Assembly: GCA_016699955.1 (NCBI GenBank)
Contig: CP064993.1
Location: 1,050,001 to 1,082,000 of the forward strand
Origin: Candidatus Saccharimonadota bacterium
Lineage (GTDB): Bacteria; Patescibacteriota; Saccharimonadia; Saccharimonadales; UBA4665
DNA: 32,000 nt
Direction of reading: 5' to 3'
Both the position numbers and the translations under genes were made by a program. Every line of letters begins with the position of its first letter. Position 1 is the first letter of the stretch. Shown piece by piece: positions 24,725-32,000 of this stretch. The notes under the pieces were generated by a model. The model saw nothing but the letters and a program-made list of their open reading frames with translations. It was not told where the DNA came from and did not search any database.

Positions 24725-25695
24725 TACACTTCCTCCTGGACGTTAATTGTGTGACCCTCAAGGTATTCGCGGATTTTGAGAGCAGCTGTGGCACCCTCAC
24801 CGACCGCGCTAGCGACCTGCATGGTTGCGCCGCTGCGTATATCGCCCGCTACAAAAACACCTTTCATGCTGGACATAAGGTTTTCGTCTGTCTTTATAAG
24901 ACCAACTTCATCGGTCTCCAGCTGGCCGCCCGCAAATTCACTGTTGGGTTTCAGCCCCACAAAGACGAACACACCGTCAGTATCAATTTTAACCGGGGAT
25001 GAGGTTTTCGTATCTGTTCCCTTTACCTGGACAACTTTATTGTCTTCATCGCCAACAATTTCGTCAGTCGTAGTCGCCAGATGTACGGTAATTTTACCCT
25101 CATCGACAAATTTCTGAAGTTCCTTTTGCAGAACGTCACTGGCACGAAGCTTACTGCGAACCATAAGGTCAATGTGGCTCGCAAAGCGAGTCAGAAACAT
25201 TGCTTCTTGCACAGCGCTGTTTCCGCCACCAACAACCACAAGCCGTTTGTCACGGTAAAACGCACCGTCACAGGTGGCGCAGTAGTGAACACCCCGGGCA
25301 TAGTATTGTACTTCACCTGGGATGCCGAGTTTCTTGTAGTCACTTCCTGTTGCCACAAGTACCACCTTGGCATACAAATCACCCAGTGTCGTTTCTAGCC
25401 GCTTCCACTCACCTTCGTCATGCAGCGCCGTAACCTCTCCAAAATCAATTACCGCGCCAAAGCGCTCGGCTTGCTTCTGTAAGTTTCCGGCAAGCTCTAA
25501 CCCAGCCAGCCCCTCAGGAAAGCCGGGGTAGTTATCAACCCAATCAGTGACTGCAGCCAGGCCGCCAGGTACGCCTTTTTCGACAAGCATTGTCTCAATG
25601 TCTTCACGCGTGGTGTATATGGCCGCACTGAGTGCCGCCGGTCCTGCACCAATCATAATAACTGTGTGCGTGTTTTCTTTTGTTCTTTTGCTCAT
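24724..25695 (-). CDS. trxB: Thioredoxin-disulfide reductase (low-Mr type)
   Basis: IGAGPAALSAAIY (FAD), the redox centre CATCDG, and GGGNSAVQEA (NADPH). GGAGGT SD. Confidence 0.95.
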   Translation of the reverse strand: MSKRTKENTHTVIMIGAGPAALSAAIYTTREDIETMLVEKGVPGGLAAVTDWVDNYPGFPEGLAGLELAGNLQKQAERFGAVIDFGEVTALHDEGEWKRLETTLGDLYAKVVLVATGSDYKKLGIPGEVQYYARGVHYCATCDGAFYRDKRLVVVGGGNSAVQEAMFLTRFASHIDLMVRSKLRASDVLQKELQKFVDEGKITVHLATTTDEIVGDEDNKVVQVKGTDTKTSSPVKIDTDGVFVFVGLKPNSEFAGGQLETDEVGLIKTDENLMSSMKGVFVAGDIRSGATMQVASAVGEGATAALKIREYLEGHTINVQEEV

Positions 25696-25849
25696 TTAAC
25701 CTCCGATGGCTACATTATCGCACAGATCGAGAAAGTATTTCCAGTGAAGCAACGCTAGGCACTGGTAAACACCGGAACAAGCTGTGCCTCAGTAGCATGA
25801 GCGAGTAGCCTGAGCCGTTAACACAAGAATGTGCGCTAAAAAATGCTTT

Positions 25850-26098
25850 TTACGCGATTGCGGGTGCGAGTTTGGCTAAATTGTATCCGACAACAACTTC
25901 TCGTGAGTCATCTTGTCGAGTCACGACCGTAACAGGCACCGTTAGGGCGCCCGAGATGGCCAAAGCTTCTTGCTGCCGCTGGGGCTCTTCGTCGAGGTTT
26001 ACTTCGTCGTAGCTAAGACCCTTGGCAGCCAAATAGCGCTTAACCATGGGGCAGTAGGCGCAGGTTTTAGTAGTAAAAATAGTTATGTTTTTGACCAT
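25850..26098 (-). CDS. Glutaredoxin/NrdH-like small redoxin
   Basis: The 82-aa version starts at ATG 26098 (GGAGGGG SD). CAYC active site and a TVPV cis-Pro motif. Confidence 0.85.
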   Translation of the reverse strand: MVKNITIFTTKTCAYCPMVKRYLAAKGLSYDEVNLDEEPQRQQEALAISGALTVPVTVVTRQDDSREVVVGYNLAKLAPAIA

Positions 26099-26334
26099 GA
26101 AATACCCCTCCACTTTGAGTATGTTTGGTGTTTTATTGTAGCAGTTTTTTGTTTGAGAGACTAACCACAAAACTGTACTCTCGAGTATATATGGTGCTTA
26201 TGGTTTAGTCAAGACGCCATATATTGTGTTTTTGTATACATTTTAGGAGGGGCGCCCCTCAGCTGCACCATCCGGACTGGATCCGAATTGCCCTGAGTAG
26301 TGGTTCCTGCACCGAGCTGGGGTTACATGAGTTG

Positions 26335-26700
26335 TTATGAGTCTATGGAGACGAGTTCAATGTCAAAGACGAGGTCGGCGTCAGCTGGTATGCCGCTGCC
26401 GTACGGCGGGGTACTGCCGTAAGCCATAGCAGCGGGAATAAGCAGACGGCGGATACCACCAACCTTCATGCCCGGAACGCCCTCCGTCCAGCCAGCGATT
26501 ACGCCAGAAAGCGGAAAACTGATGGGGCGGCCGAAATCATGAGAACTTTGGAAAATTTCGCCAGTCTTGGCAATTGCTCCGGTGTAGTGACATGTCACCG
26601 TTGCGCCAGGCTGCACCAAATCACCAGTACCTTCTACTCGGTCAATGGTTTGTAGTTCAGGAACGTTATCGACAACCGTAAAATCTTTGAGCGCAGCCAT
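26335..26700 (-). CDS. FKBP-type peptidyl-prolyl cis-trans isomerase (cytoplasmic)
   Basis: VTCHYTGAIAKTGEIFQSS, VIAGWTEGVPGMKVGGIRRLLIP and LVFDIELVSI. Its ATG overlaps the upstream stop (TAATG). Confidence 0.9.
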   Translation of the reverse strand: MAALKDFTVVDNVPELQTIDRVEGTGDLVQPGATVTCHYTGAIAKTGEIFQSSHDFGRPISFPLSGVIAGWTEGVPGMKVGGIRRLLIPAAMAYGSTPPYGSGIPADADLVFDIELVSIDS

Positions 26701-27245
26701 TATTTTTGCACCTTCACAAGTTTTACCACAAAAACAAGGTCAGAGTTTGGCGGGATACTACCCTGGCCGTTTGCTCCGTAGCCCAAGCTAGCAGGAATCG
26801 CTAAGCGACGCGTGCCGCCCACTTTCATCCCTTCTAACCCCTTATCCCAGCCTTGTATAACTCGCCCTTCGCCTAGATTAAACTGCAGCAAAGTGTTTTT
26901 GGAAAAGTTTTCGTCAAACAATGTACCGTCGCTCGCAAGAGTTCCGTAATACTTCATTTGCATACAGTCGCCAGCTTTAACAACTTCGCCCGAGCCTGCT
27001 TCTAGGTCAGTTGTCTGAATTGCACTGAGCGTGCTATCTGGCTTATACACCTCTGGTGCTGGCAAAATAACATCGGTATCGACTGGTTTTTGTATGTCGC
27101 AGGCGACTTCAGTCGGAAGCTTTGGATCATTTTTTGTTTTAACCATGTCTACCACAACTGCAATCGTAAATGCTGATGCTGTAACCAAAAAAAGCAGTGC
27201 CCCAAACCCTGCGAATATCCTATCGCGAAGCCGCGTTGTTGACAT
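26700..27245 (-). CDS. FKBP-type peptidyl-prolyl isomerase with an N-terminal membrane anchor or signal
   Basis: N-terminal hydrophobic FAGFGALLFLVTASAFTIAVVV, then MKYYGTLASDGTLFDENF, VIQGWDKGLEGMKVGGTRRLAIP and LVFVVKLV. GGAGG SD. Confidence 0.88.
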   Translation of the reverse strand: MSTTRLRDRIFAGFGALLFLVTASAFTIAVVVDMVKTKNDPKLPTEVACDIQKPVDTDVILPAPEVYKPDSTLSAIQTTDLEAGSGEVVKAGDCMQMKYYGTLASDGTLFDENFSKNTLLQFNLGEGRVIQGWDKGLEGMKVGGTRRLAIPASLGYGANGQGSIPPNSDLVFVVKLVKVQK

Positions 27246-27303
27246 ACATAACCTCCATTTAATTCACTATAAGTGTGCCACAGCGTTGACTCACTTACAA
27301 GTA

Positions 27304-29085
27304 TTAACCGACTATCTCAAAGCGACGCAGCCGCGTTTTGACAGATGTCGAACCATTATTCTGGAGCCGGAGCAACTCAGAGTAGATACCTTTTGTTTTT
27401 GCTAGTTTAGCTGGACTCCCTTGTTCTTCTACGGTACCGCCGCGAAGCGTGATAATGGTGTCTACAGACTGAATCGTGCTTAGGCGATGAGCAATAATGA
27501 GCGTTGTGCGACCCTTCATCAGTCGTTCAAGTGCCTGCTGCACTAAATGTTCACTTTTGCTGTCGAGACTACTGGTTGCTTCATCGAGAATGAGGATCGG
27601 TGCGTCTTTTAGGAGTGCCCGAGCAATTGAGATTCGCTGTTTTTGCCCACCACTTAGTTTTAAGCCCCGTTCACCAATTTCTGAGTCGTAGCCTTTTTCA
27701 AATTTTTCGATAAATTCATGGGCGTTAGCCGCTCTCGCCGCTGCTTGCACTTCTTTAGCCGTTGCTTCTGGACGCGCATAAGAAATATTTTCATACACCG
27801 TGCCACTAAACAATGCAGGCTCCTGGAATACAACAGCAGAGGCGGCTCGCAAACTTGCGCCAGTTACCTGCGCAACATCTTGACCGTCTATTGTTACCGT
27901 GCCGCCTTGAGCCTGATACAGACCAAGCAGCAAGTTAGTTACAGTCGTTTTGCCTTCGCCACTTTCGCCTACCAGGGCTGTCTTAGAACCCGGTTTTAAC
28001 TCAAAACTGATGCCTCTCAGCACTGGCTGTTTTACTTCGTAGCCAAAAATAACATCGGTGAATTTCACTCCGCCTTTTGTTACTTTTAGTTTTTTATGCC
28101 TACGGTTGTGCAGCCTCTCAACTGGCTCATCCATAGCGGTGAAATAATCTTTTGTATTGGCCACCGCACGCTGTGACTGATCAACAATGAAGCTGATACT
28201 AAAAATTGGCATGCGGATAAGTGCCGCATATTGCAGAAGGAGGACCATTGTCCCTAAGCTGTAGTTGCCAGACACTGCCTGCAGGCATATGTAAGCGTAG
28301 ACAGCCAGAAAAATGACGTTGAGTACCAGCCGCCGTACAAAATCTTGGCCATGCCACAGCTTGCTCTGTGGCCAGGTGGTTTCTACCATTCGCTGGTAGC
28401 GAGCCGTAAATTGCTTGAGCTCATGAGCTTGCTGTCCAAAACTTTTGACTACTTTTATTTGACCGATTGCTTCTGCGAAACGCCCCGTTGCAGCATCGGC
28501 CTCTTGATTGATAGTTGCTTGGTACTGACGCCATTTTCCACTAGTGCGAGTAGTCAGCCATATGAATATCGGGTAAAGTGACCCCAGCATTAGTGCAACC
28601 GGCCAGGAATACAGGGCAATAATACCAAGTGAAAGAATTGTGCTAAAAATAAATTGCAGAAAATTGTTACTAAATGCCTGAGCAAACGTGGTTATCTGGT
28701 CTATACTCCGGTTCAGCTGGTTAAGCACTTTTCCGCTTAGCTCACGGTCATAGTACGACTGTGGCAACTCTAGTAGATGCTGGAAGTAGCGTTCGCTAAG
28801 GGTTTTACGCAGCCGCACTTGCAGCTGGTCGCCAATAACACCGCCAATGTTGCTGAACACGTTTTGGGCAAGATCGGCAAGAAATATTCCTATCACCGCC
28901 AGAACCACCACTGAAATGCGGGCATCTACACCACCCAACACCTTTGTCACCTCGTCGACAATCGTTTTCGTCAGGAGCGGCTGCACCTGGGTGGTGGCGG
29001 CAACTAATATAGAAAAAAATGCGACTCCGCCGTAGTAGCGCCTTAGCTCTCTGGTAAAACTAACAATCCGCCACAAACTTTTCAT
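27304..29085 (-). CDS. ABC exporter, fused permease/ATPase (MsbA/type I exporter-like)
   Basis: Six-TM N-terminal half, Walker A GESGEGKTT, signature LSGGQKQR, Walker B ILILDEATSSLD and an H-loop IIAHR. Confidence 0.93.
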   Translation of the reverse strand: MKSLWRIVSFTRELRRYYGGVAFFSILVAATTQVQPLLTKTIVDEVTKVLGGVDARISVVVLAVIGIFLADLAQNVFSNIGGVIGDQLQVRLRKTLSERYFQHLLELPQSYYDRELSGKVLNQLNRSIDQITTFAQAFSNNFLQFIFSTILSLGIIALYSWPVALMLGSLYPIFIWLTTRTSGKWRQYQATINQEADAATGRFAEAIGQIKVVKSFGQQAHELKQFTARYQRMVETTWPQSKLWHGQDFVRRLVLNVIFLAVYAYICLQAVSGNYSLGTMVLLLQYAALIRMPIFSISFIVDQSQRAVANTKDYFTAMDEPVERLHNRRHKKLKVTKGGVKFTDVIFGYEVKQPVLRGISFELKPGSKTALVGESGEGKTTVTNLLLGLYQAQGGTVTIDGQDVAQVTGASLRAASAVVFQEPALFSGTVYENISYARPEATAKEVQAAARAANAHEFIEKFEKGYDSEIGERGLKLSGGQKQRISIARALLKDAPILILDEATSSLDSKSEHLVQQALERLMKGRTTLIIAHRLSTIQSVDTIITLRGGTVEEQGSPAKLAKTKGIYSELLRLQNNGSTSVKTRLRRFEIVG

Positions 29086-29093
29086 ATACCTAA

Positions 29094-29099
29094 ATTATA
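29094..29099 (-). promoter_or_regulatory. -10 hexamer TATAAT 8 nt upstream of the ABC exporter ATG
   Basis: The minus strand reads cggTATAAT-ttaggtat-ATG, with no SD. Confidence 0.3.
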
Positions 29100-29205
29100 C
29101 CGCGTATTATGTAATAATTCCGTTCGTAAATTAATTTTTATGAGATAGAATTGCCCAGGAGTACACTTTAGTAAATAGCAAGAGTGTCGACTGATCTAGA
29201 AATGA

Positions 29206-29214
29206 TGATAAAAT
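29206..29214 (+). promoter_or_regulatory. Extended -10 element (TGaTAAAAT) 6 nt upstream of ATG 29221
   Basis: TGA-TAAAAT-atccct-ATG, with no SD. Confidence 0.35.
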
Positions 29215-29220
29215 ATCCCT

Positions 29221-29712
29221 ATGTCAGCGCTAATACCAAACGGCTGTAAAACTTATAACTTAGTTTGTGCACAAGATCAAGATGGAAGGGTTCTGCTAGG
29301 CAGAAAAACGCGGGGTTTTGGTACGGGACAACTGGTTATGCCCGGCGGAAAACCGACCCAAACTTCATGGCCTGTCGTACAATTTCCAGGTTTCATCGCA
29401 CATGATGCAGCACGAGAGCTAAATGAAGAATCTGGAGTGGATCTAGCACCACGAGATATGTCATATGCCGGAGCTTTATATATTGGCAATCCGGTTGAGC
29501 GTATGGTTCTTCTTTTTCGCTGTGCAGCGGGTCGACAAGTTCCGAGAGACTCAGAGGAAGTAACTAGCTGGAACTTTTACAAAGAAATACCCTACGATCA
29601 AACACCCGAAGATTATAAAATCTGGCTACCTTCCGTATTGGCTGGCGAGCAAGTAATAGCACATATGGCTAATAGTAAAAACACGTTACTTACAGCCACA
29701 CCGGCTCGCTAA
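29221..29712 (+). CDS. MTH1/NUDT1-like NUDIX protein with an interrupted Nudix box
   Basis: [21 protein letters not shown] matches human MTH1 [30 protein letters not shown] matches [27 protein letters not shown] matches IPFKDMWPDDSYWFPLLL. Confidence 0.75.
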   Translation: [163 protein letters not shown]

Positions 29713-29766
29713 CTATGGTGTCTATATCTAGCTGGGGTTGCGTATGCGGACTTGCTTTTGTTCGGC

Positions 29767-32000
29767 CTAGACTCGCTCTGCACTGTGGACGGCCGTAGCT
29801 GCTTCGACTATTTGTCCGAGGATTGTTGTAACCTCAGAGTCGGTGAGTGTCCGCAGGTGATTGGTTGCACGAAGACGTAGCGTAATGGTTTTGGTTGCTC
29901 CCTCGGCTGGCTGGTATATACCTATCGGGGTGAACCGCAAGGTGAGTTCGTCTGTCTCAAGTTCATGCGCAGCTGTCTGGACGGTGTTGCATAAGTCTTG
30001 ATATGCAACATCGTCGGAAACCTTCAAAGAAACGTCTTGTGTTACATAGGGGAAGCGACTGAGTGGCACGTAAGGGCTTGGGGTCAGTTTGCGGAGGAAC
30101 GATTGGAACAGCTCGAAACCAGCTGCGCCCTCCGGAAGCTTGAATGCACAACGAGTAGCGGTAGCATACTCACCCACGACACCGACGAATTGGTCGCCAG
30201 ACATAATCACCGCCGCACGCTTGGGGTCAAATGACTTCGCAAGTTGCTCAAAAATAGGGTACGAAGACGCATCAAAATCTGCCAGCGTGACATAGCGAAG
30301 ATCTCCTGATAGCGCTTCGACGTAGCGCCGCGCAGTGTAGTAAGCGGCGTGAGGTGATTTCTTGGCGGCGTAGACGAGCGCCAGCCGTTCATATTCCCGC
30401 GGGAGCTGTTCGTCATCCAAGTCGCCCTTACGGTGCGCCTTACCAAACTCAAACAGTGCAAACTCATTGTGGCCAGCTTTAATATTGCTATGAACTTTGT
30501 CGAGTATACTTGGCGTCAAGCTCAGACGGTAGTACTGGAGATCGGGGCTGAGTGCATTGCTCAACTTAAATGCTTGGGTAACGTCCTGACCTGCACCCTT
30601 CAAGACTCGCTCATGAACAAAACTGTAGGTTTTAACCTCATTTGCACCGGCGCTAGAGAGGATTTGCGTGATTTTTCGCTTCATTTCTATTTTTGCGTTT
30701 TGCGGCGCGGGTTTCATGGGACGCTCGGGCAACTCGCGAGGAAGCTTATCAAACCCGTAGAGCCGACCGACTTCCTCGACGATGTCCTCGGGTTGCTCTA
30801 TGTCGGTGCGCCAGAATGGAGCCGTTATGATTAACGTATTCTCGTCCTTTTCTGAGGGGTATGATGCAAAGTTGGCTCTGCGTAACAGCCCGCCAATTTG
30901 CCAGGCTTCGAGCGAAAGCCCCAGACGAGCGTTTATAAAGCTACTACTTACGACAATTTCACCGCTTAGCGAAACTTCTGCAGCCTGGTCTGAATGACTA
31001 GGCATATCAAAAACATCACTAGCCTGTTTGCCGTTCGTCTGAACGACCATAAGCTCCATGAGCCGGGCAATCACTCGGTCGTTCTGCAACGGTGACTGGC
31101 CTTTGCTAAAACGCGTTAGGGCATCTGTAAACAAGCCATGGCGCATACTGCTGCGACGCAAGGTATACATATCGAAGTTTGCTACTTCAAGAACAATGTT
31201 CTTTGTTCCGGCAAATACCTCACTGTTACCACCACCCATAATCCCGCCGAGCCCAATAGCACCCTCACCATCGGTCATAACAATATCTTCCTCCGACAAT
31301 GAGTATTGCTTGCCGTTAAGCAGAGTAATTGTCTCACCCGCTTTTGCCATACGCGCGCCCAACACACCGCCGCGCAATTTGTCATAGTCGTAAGCATGAG
31401 TCGGCTGAGCTGTCAGGAGCATGATGTAGTTTGTTAGGTCGACGATGTTATTGATGGGCTTGCTTCCCAATGCGACGAGAGCGCACTGGAGCCACAACGG
31501 GCTTGGCTCGACACTGACATCCTTCATCGCCACCGCCATCAGGCGTGGAACTTTTTGGGGCACGTCATTATGAACACTAAGCGTCAACCCCTCAGCAGAT
31601 TCGAAGGCCGGTTTGAGCCAGTACCAGTCAGGATTTACGAAGCGCGTATCTGCATCATTGTCGTCTTCTGCTGGCACTCCTTTTAGGATGGCGGAGATTT
31701 CGCGGGCAACGCCAAGCTGGCCGAAGCAATCGGGGCGATGTGTAAACATTTTGTTTTCGATGTCTATGATAACGTCACTCAGGCCAAACGCCTGAGCAAA
31801 ATCCACCCCGGGTGCGATTTCCACCCCTGACGGCTTCCACTCCGATGGATTAATCTCGAGTATGCCATCGTGATTATCGCCGATAGCAAGTTCAGCTGGG
31901 CTGGCGAGCATGCCATTACTCATCACGCCACGTATTTCTCGACTACTTAAAACAAATGGATCACCTGTGCCAATACTAGACGGAACCGTTGCACGGGGTG
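29767..32000 (-). CDS. pheT: Phenylalanine--tRNA ligase beta subunit; the 5' end lies beyond the right edge
   Basis: The reading frame stays open upstream of the track start to the window end (..GDPFVLSSREIRGVMSNGMLASPAELAIGDNHDGILEI, the end of the tRNA-binding OB domain). It then shows B3/4, B5 and the C-terminal anticodon-binding-like domains. Confidence 0.93.
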   Translation of the reverse strand, partial: PRATVPSSIGTGDPFVLSSREIRGVMSNGMLASPAELAIGDNHDGILEINPSEWKPSGVEIAPGVDFAQAFGLSDVIIDIENKMFTHRPDCFGQLGVAREISAILKGVPAEDDNDADTRFVNPDWYWLKPAFESAEGLTLSVHNDVPQKVPRLMAVAMKDVSVEPSPLWLQCALVALGSKPINNIVDLTNYIMLLTAQPTHAYDYDKLRGGVLGARMAKAGETITLLNGKQYSLSEEDIVMTDGEGAIGLGGIMGGGNSEVFAGTKNIVLEVANFDMYTLRRSSMRHGLFTDALTRFSKGQSPLQNDRVIARLMELMVVQTNGKQASDVFDMPSHSDQAAEVSLSGEIVVSSSFINARLGLSLEAWQIGGLLRRANFASYPSEKDENTLIITAPFWRTDIEQPEDIVEEVGRLYGFDKLPRELPERPMKPAPQNAKIEMKRKITQILSSAGANEVKTYSFVHERVLKGAGQDVTQAFKLSNALSPDLQYYRLSLTPSILDKVHSNIKAGHNEFALFEFGKAHRKGDLDDEQLPREYERLALVYAAKKSPHAAYYTARRYVEALSGDLRYVTLADFDASSYPIFEQLAKSFDPKRAAVIMSGDQFVGVVGEYATATRCAFKLPEGAAGFELFQSFLRKLTPSPYVPLSRFPYVTQDVSLKVSDDVAYQDLCNTVQTAAHELETDELTLRFTPIGIYQPAEGATKTITLRLRATNHLRTLTDSEVTTILGQIVEAATAVHSAERV

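Noticed and set aside
25833-25855. Hairpin GCG(C)TAAAAA-ATGC-TTTTTACGC overlapping the redoxin stop codon, considered as an intrinsic terminator
   Set aside because: The stem is almost entirely A-U with a bulge, and the U-run lies inside the stem rather than after it. It is too weak to call. The same applies to GGAGGA-CAG-TCCTCC at 23119-23133 downstream of the GDPD gene, which has no U-tract.
1-32000. Alternative genetic code (UGA recoding, as in some candidate-phyla bacteria)
   Set aside because: TGA terminates gatC (3248), the 139-aa ORF (1304) and nadD (17051-17053) at positions where homologous proteins normally end. All recognisable genes translate full length with the standard code.

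Overview
The window is a dense, mostly minus-strand housekeeping region of a small-genome bacterium. I call about 34 protein-coding genes and found no rRNA, tRNA, CRISPR array, transposase or integrase. Gene content (gatCAB, split transketolase, tandem RpiB, three NUDIX genes, many short lineage-specific ORFs, G+C near 47-50% by eye) suggests a Patescibacteria/Saccharibacteria-like organism, but that is inference only.

Left to right, the genes are:
- gatB (partial), a membrane-anchored unknown ORF, gatA and gatC
- a low-GC orphan gene of about 480 aa
- GH77 4-alpha-glucanotransferase, uvrB and a LOG/TIGR00730 protein
- a 411-421 aa unknown protein
- a central-carbon supercluster: PfkB kinase, class II aldolase, split transketolase, rpe, two rpiB paralogs and gap, interrupted by a repeat-bearing lipoprotein, nadD and a proline-rich membrane protein
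- two NUDIX genes with ppa, a GDPD phosphodiesterase and an FNR-like reductase
- unknown ORFs, trxB, a glutaredoxin-like protein, two FKBP isomerases, an ABC exporter, an MTH1-like NUDIX and pheT (partial)

I cannot demonstrate a coherent new multi-gene system here. The best leads are:
- a membrane-tethered protein with an RNxxxH (HEPN-like) motif inserted inside the gatCAB operon
- a compositionally foreign orphan gene at 3.6-5.1 kb
- a recurrent -10 hexamer 6-8 nt upstream of start codons, implying leaderless mRNAs
- a frameshifted transketolase C-terminal subunit
- an RpiB paralog lacking the known catalytic residues
- a lipoprotein with near-perfect 45-bp tandem repeats

All homology statements come from motif recognition and by-eye alignment; no database search was run.
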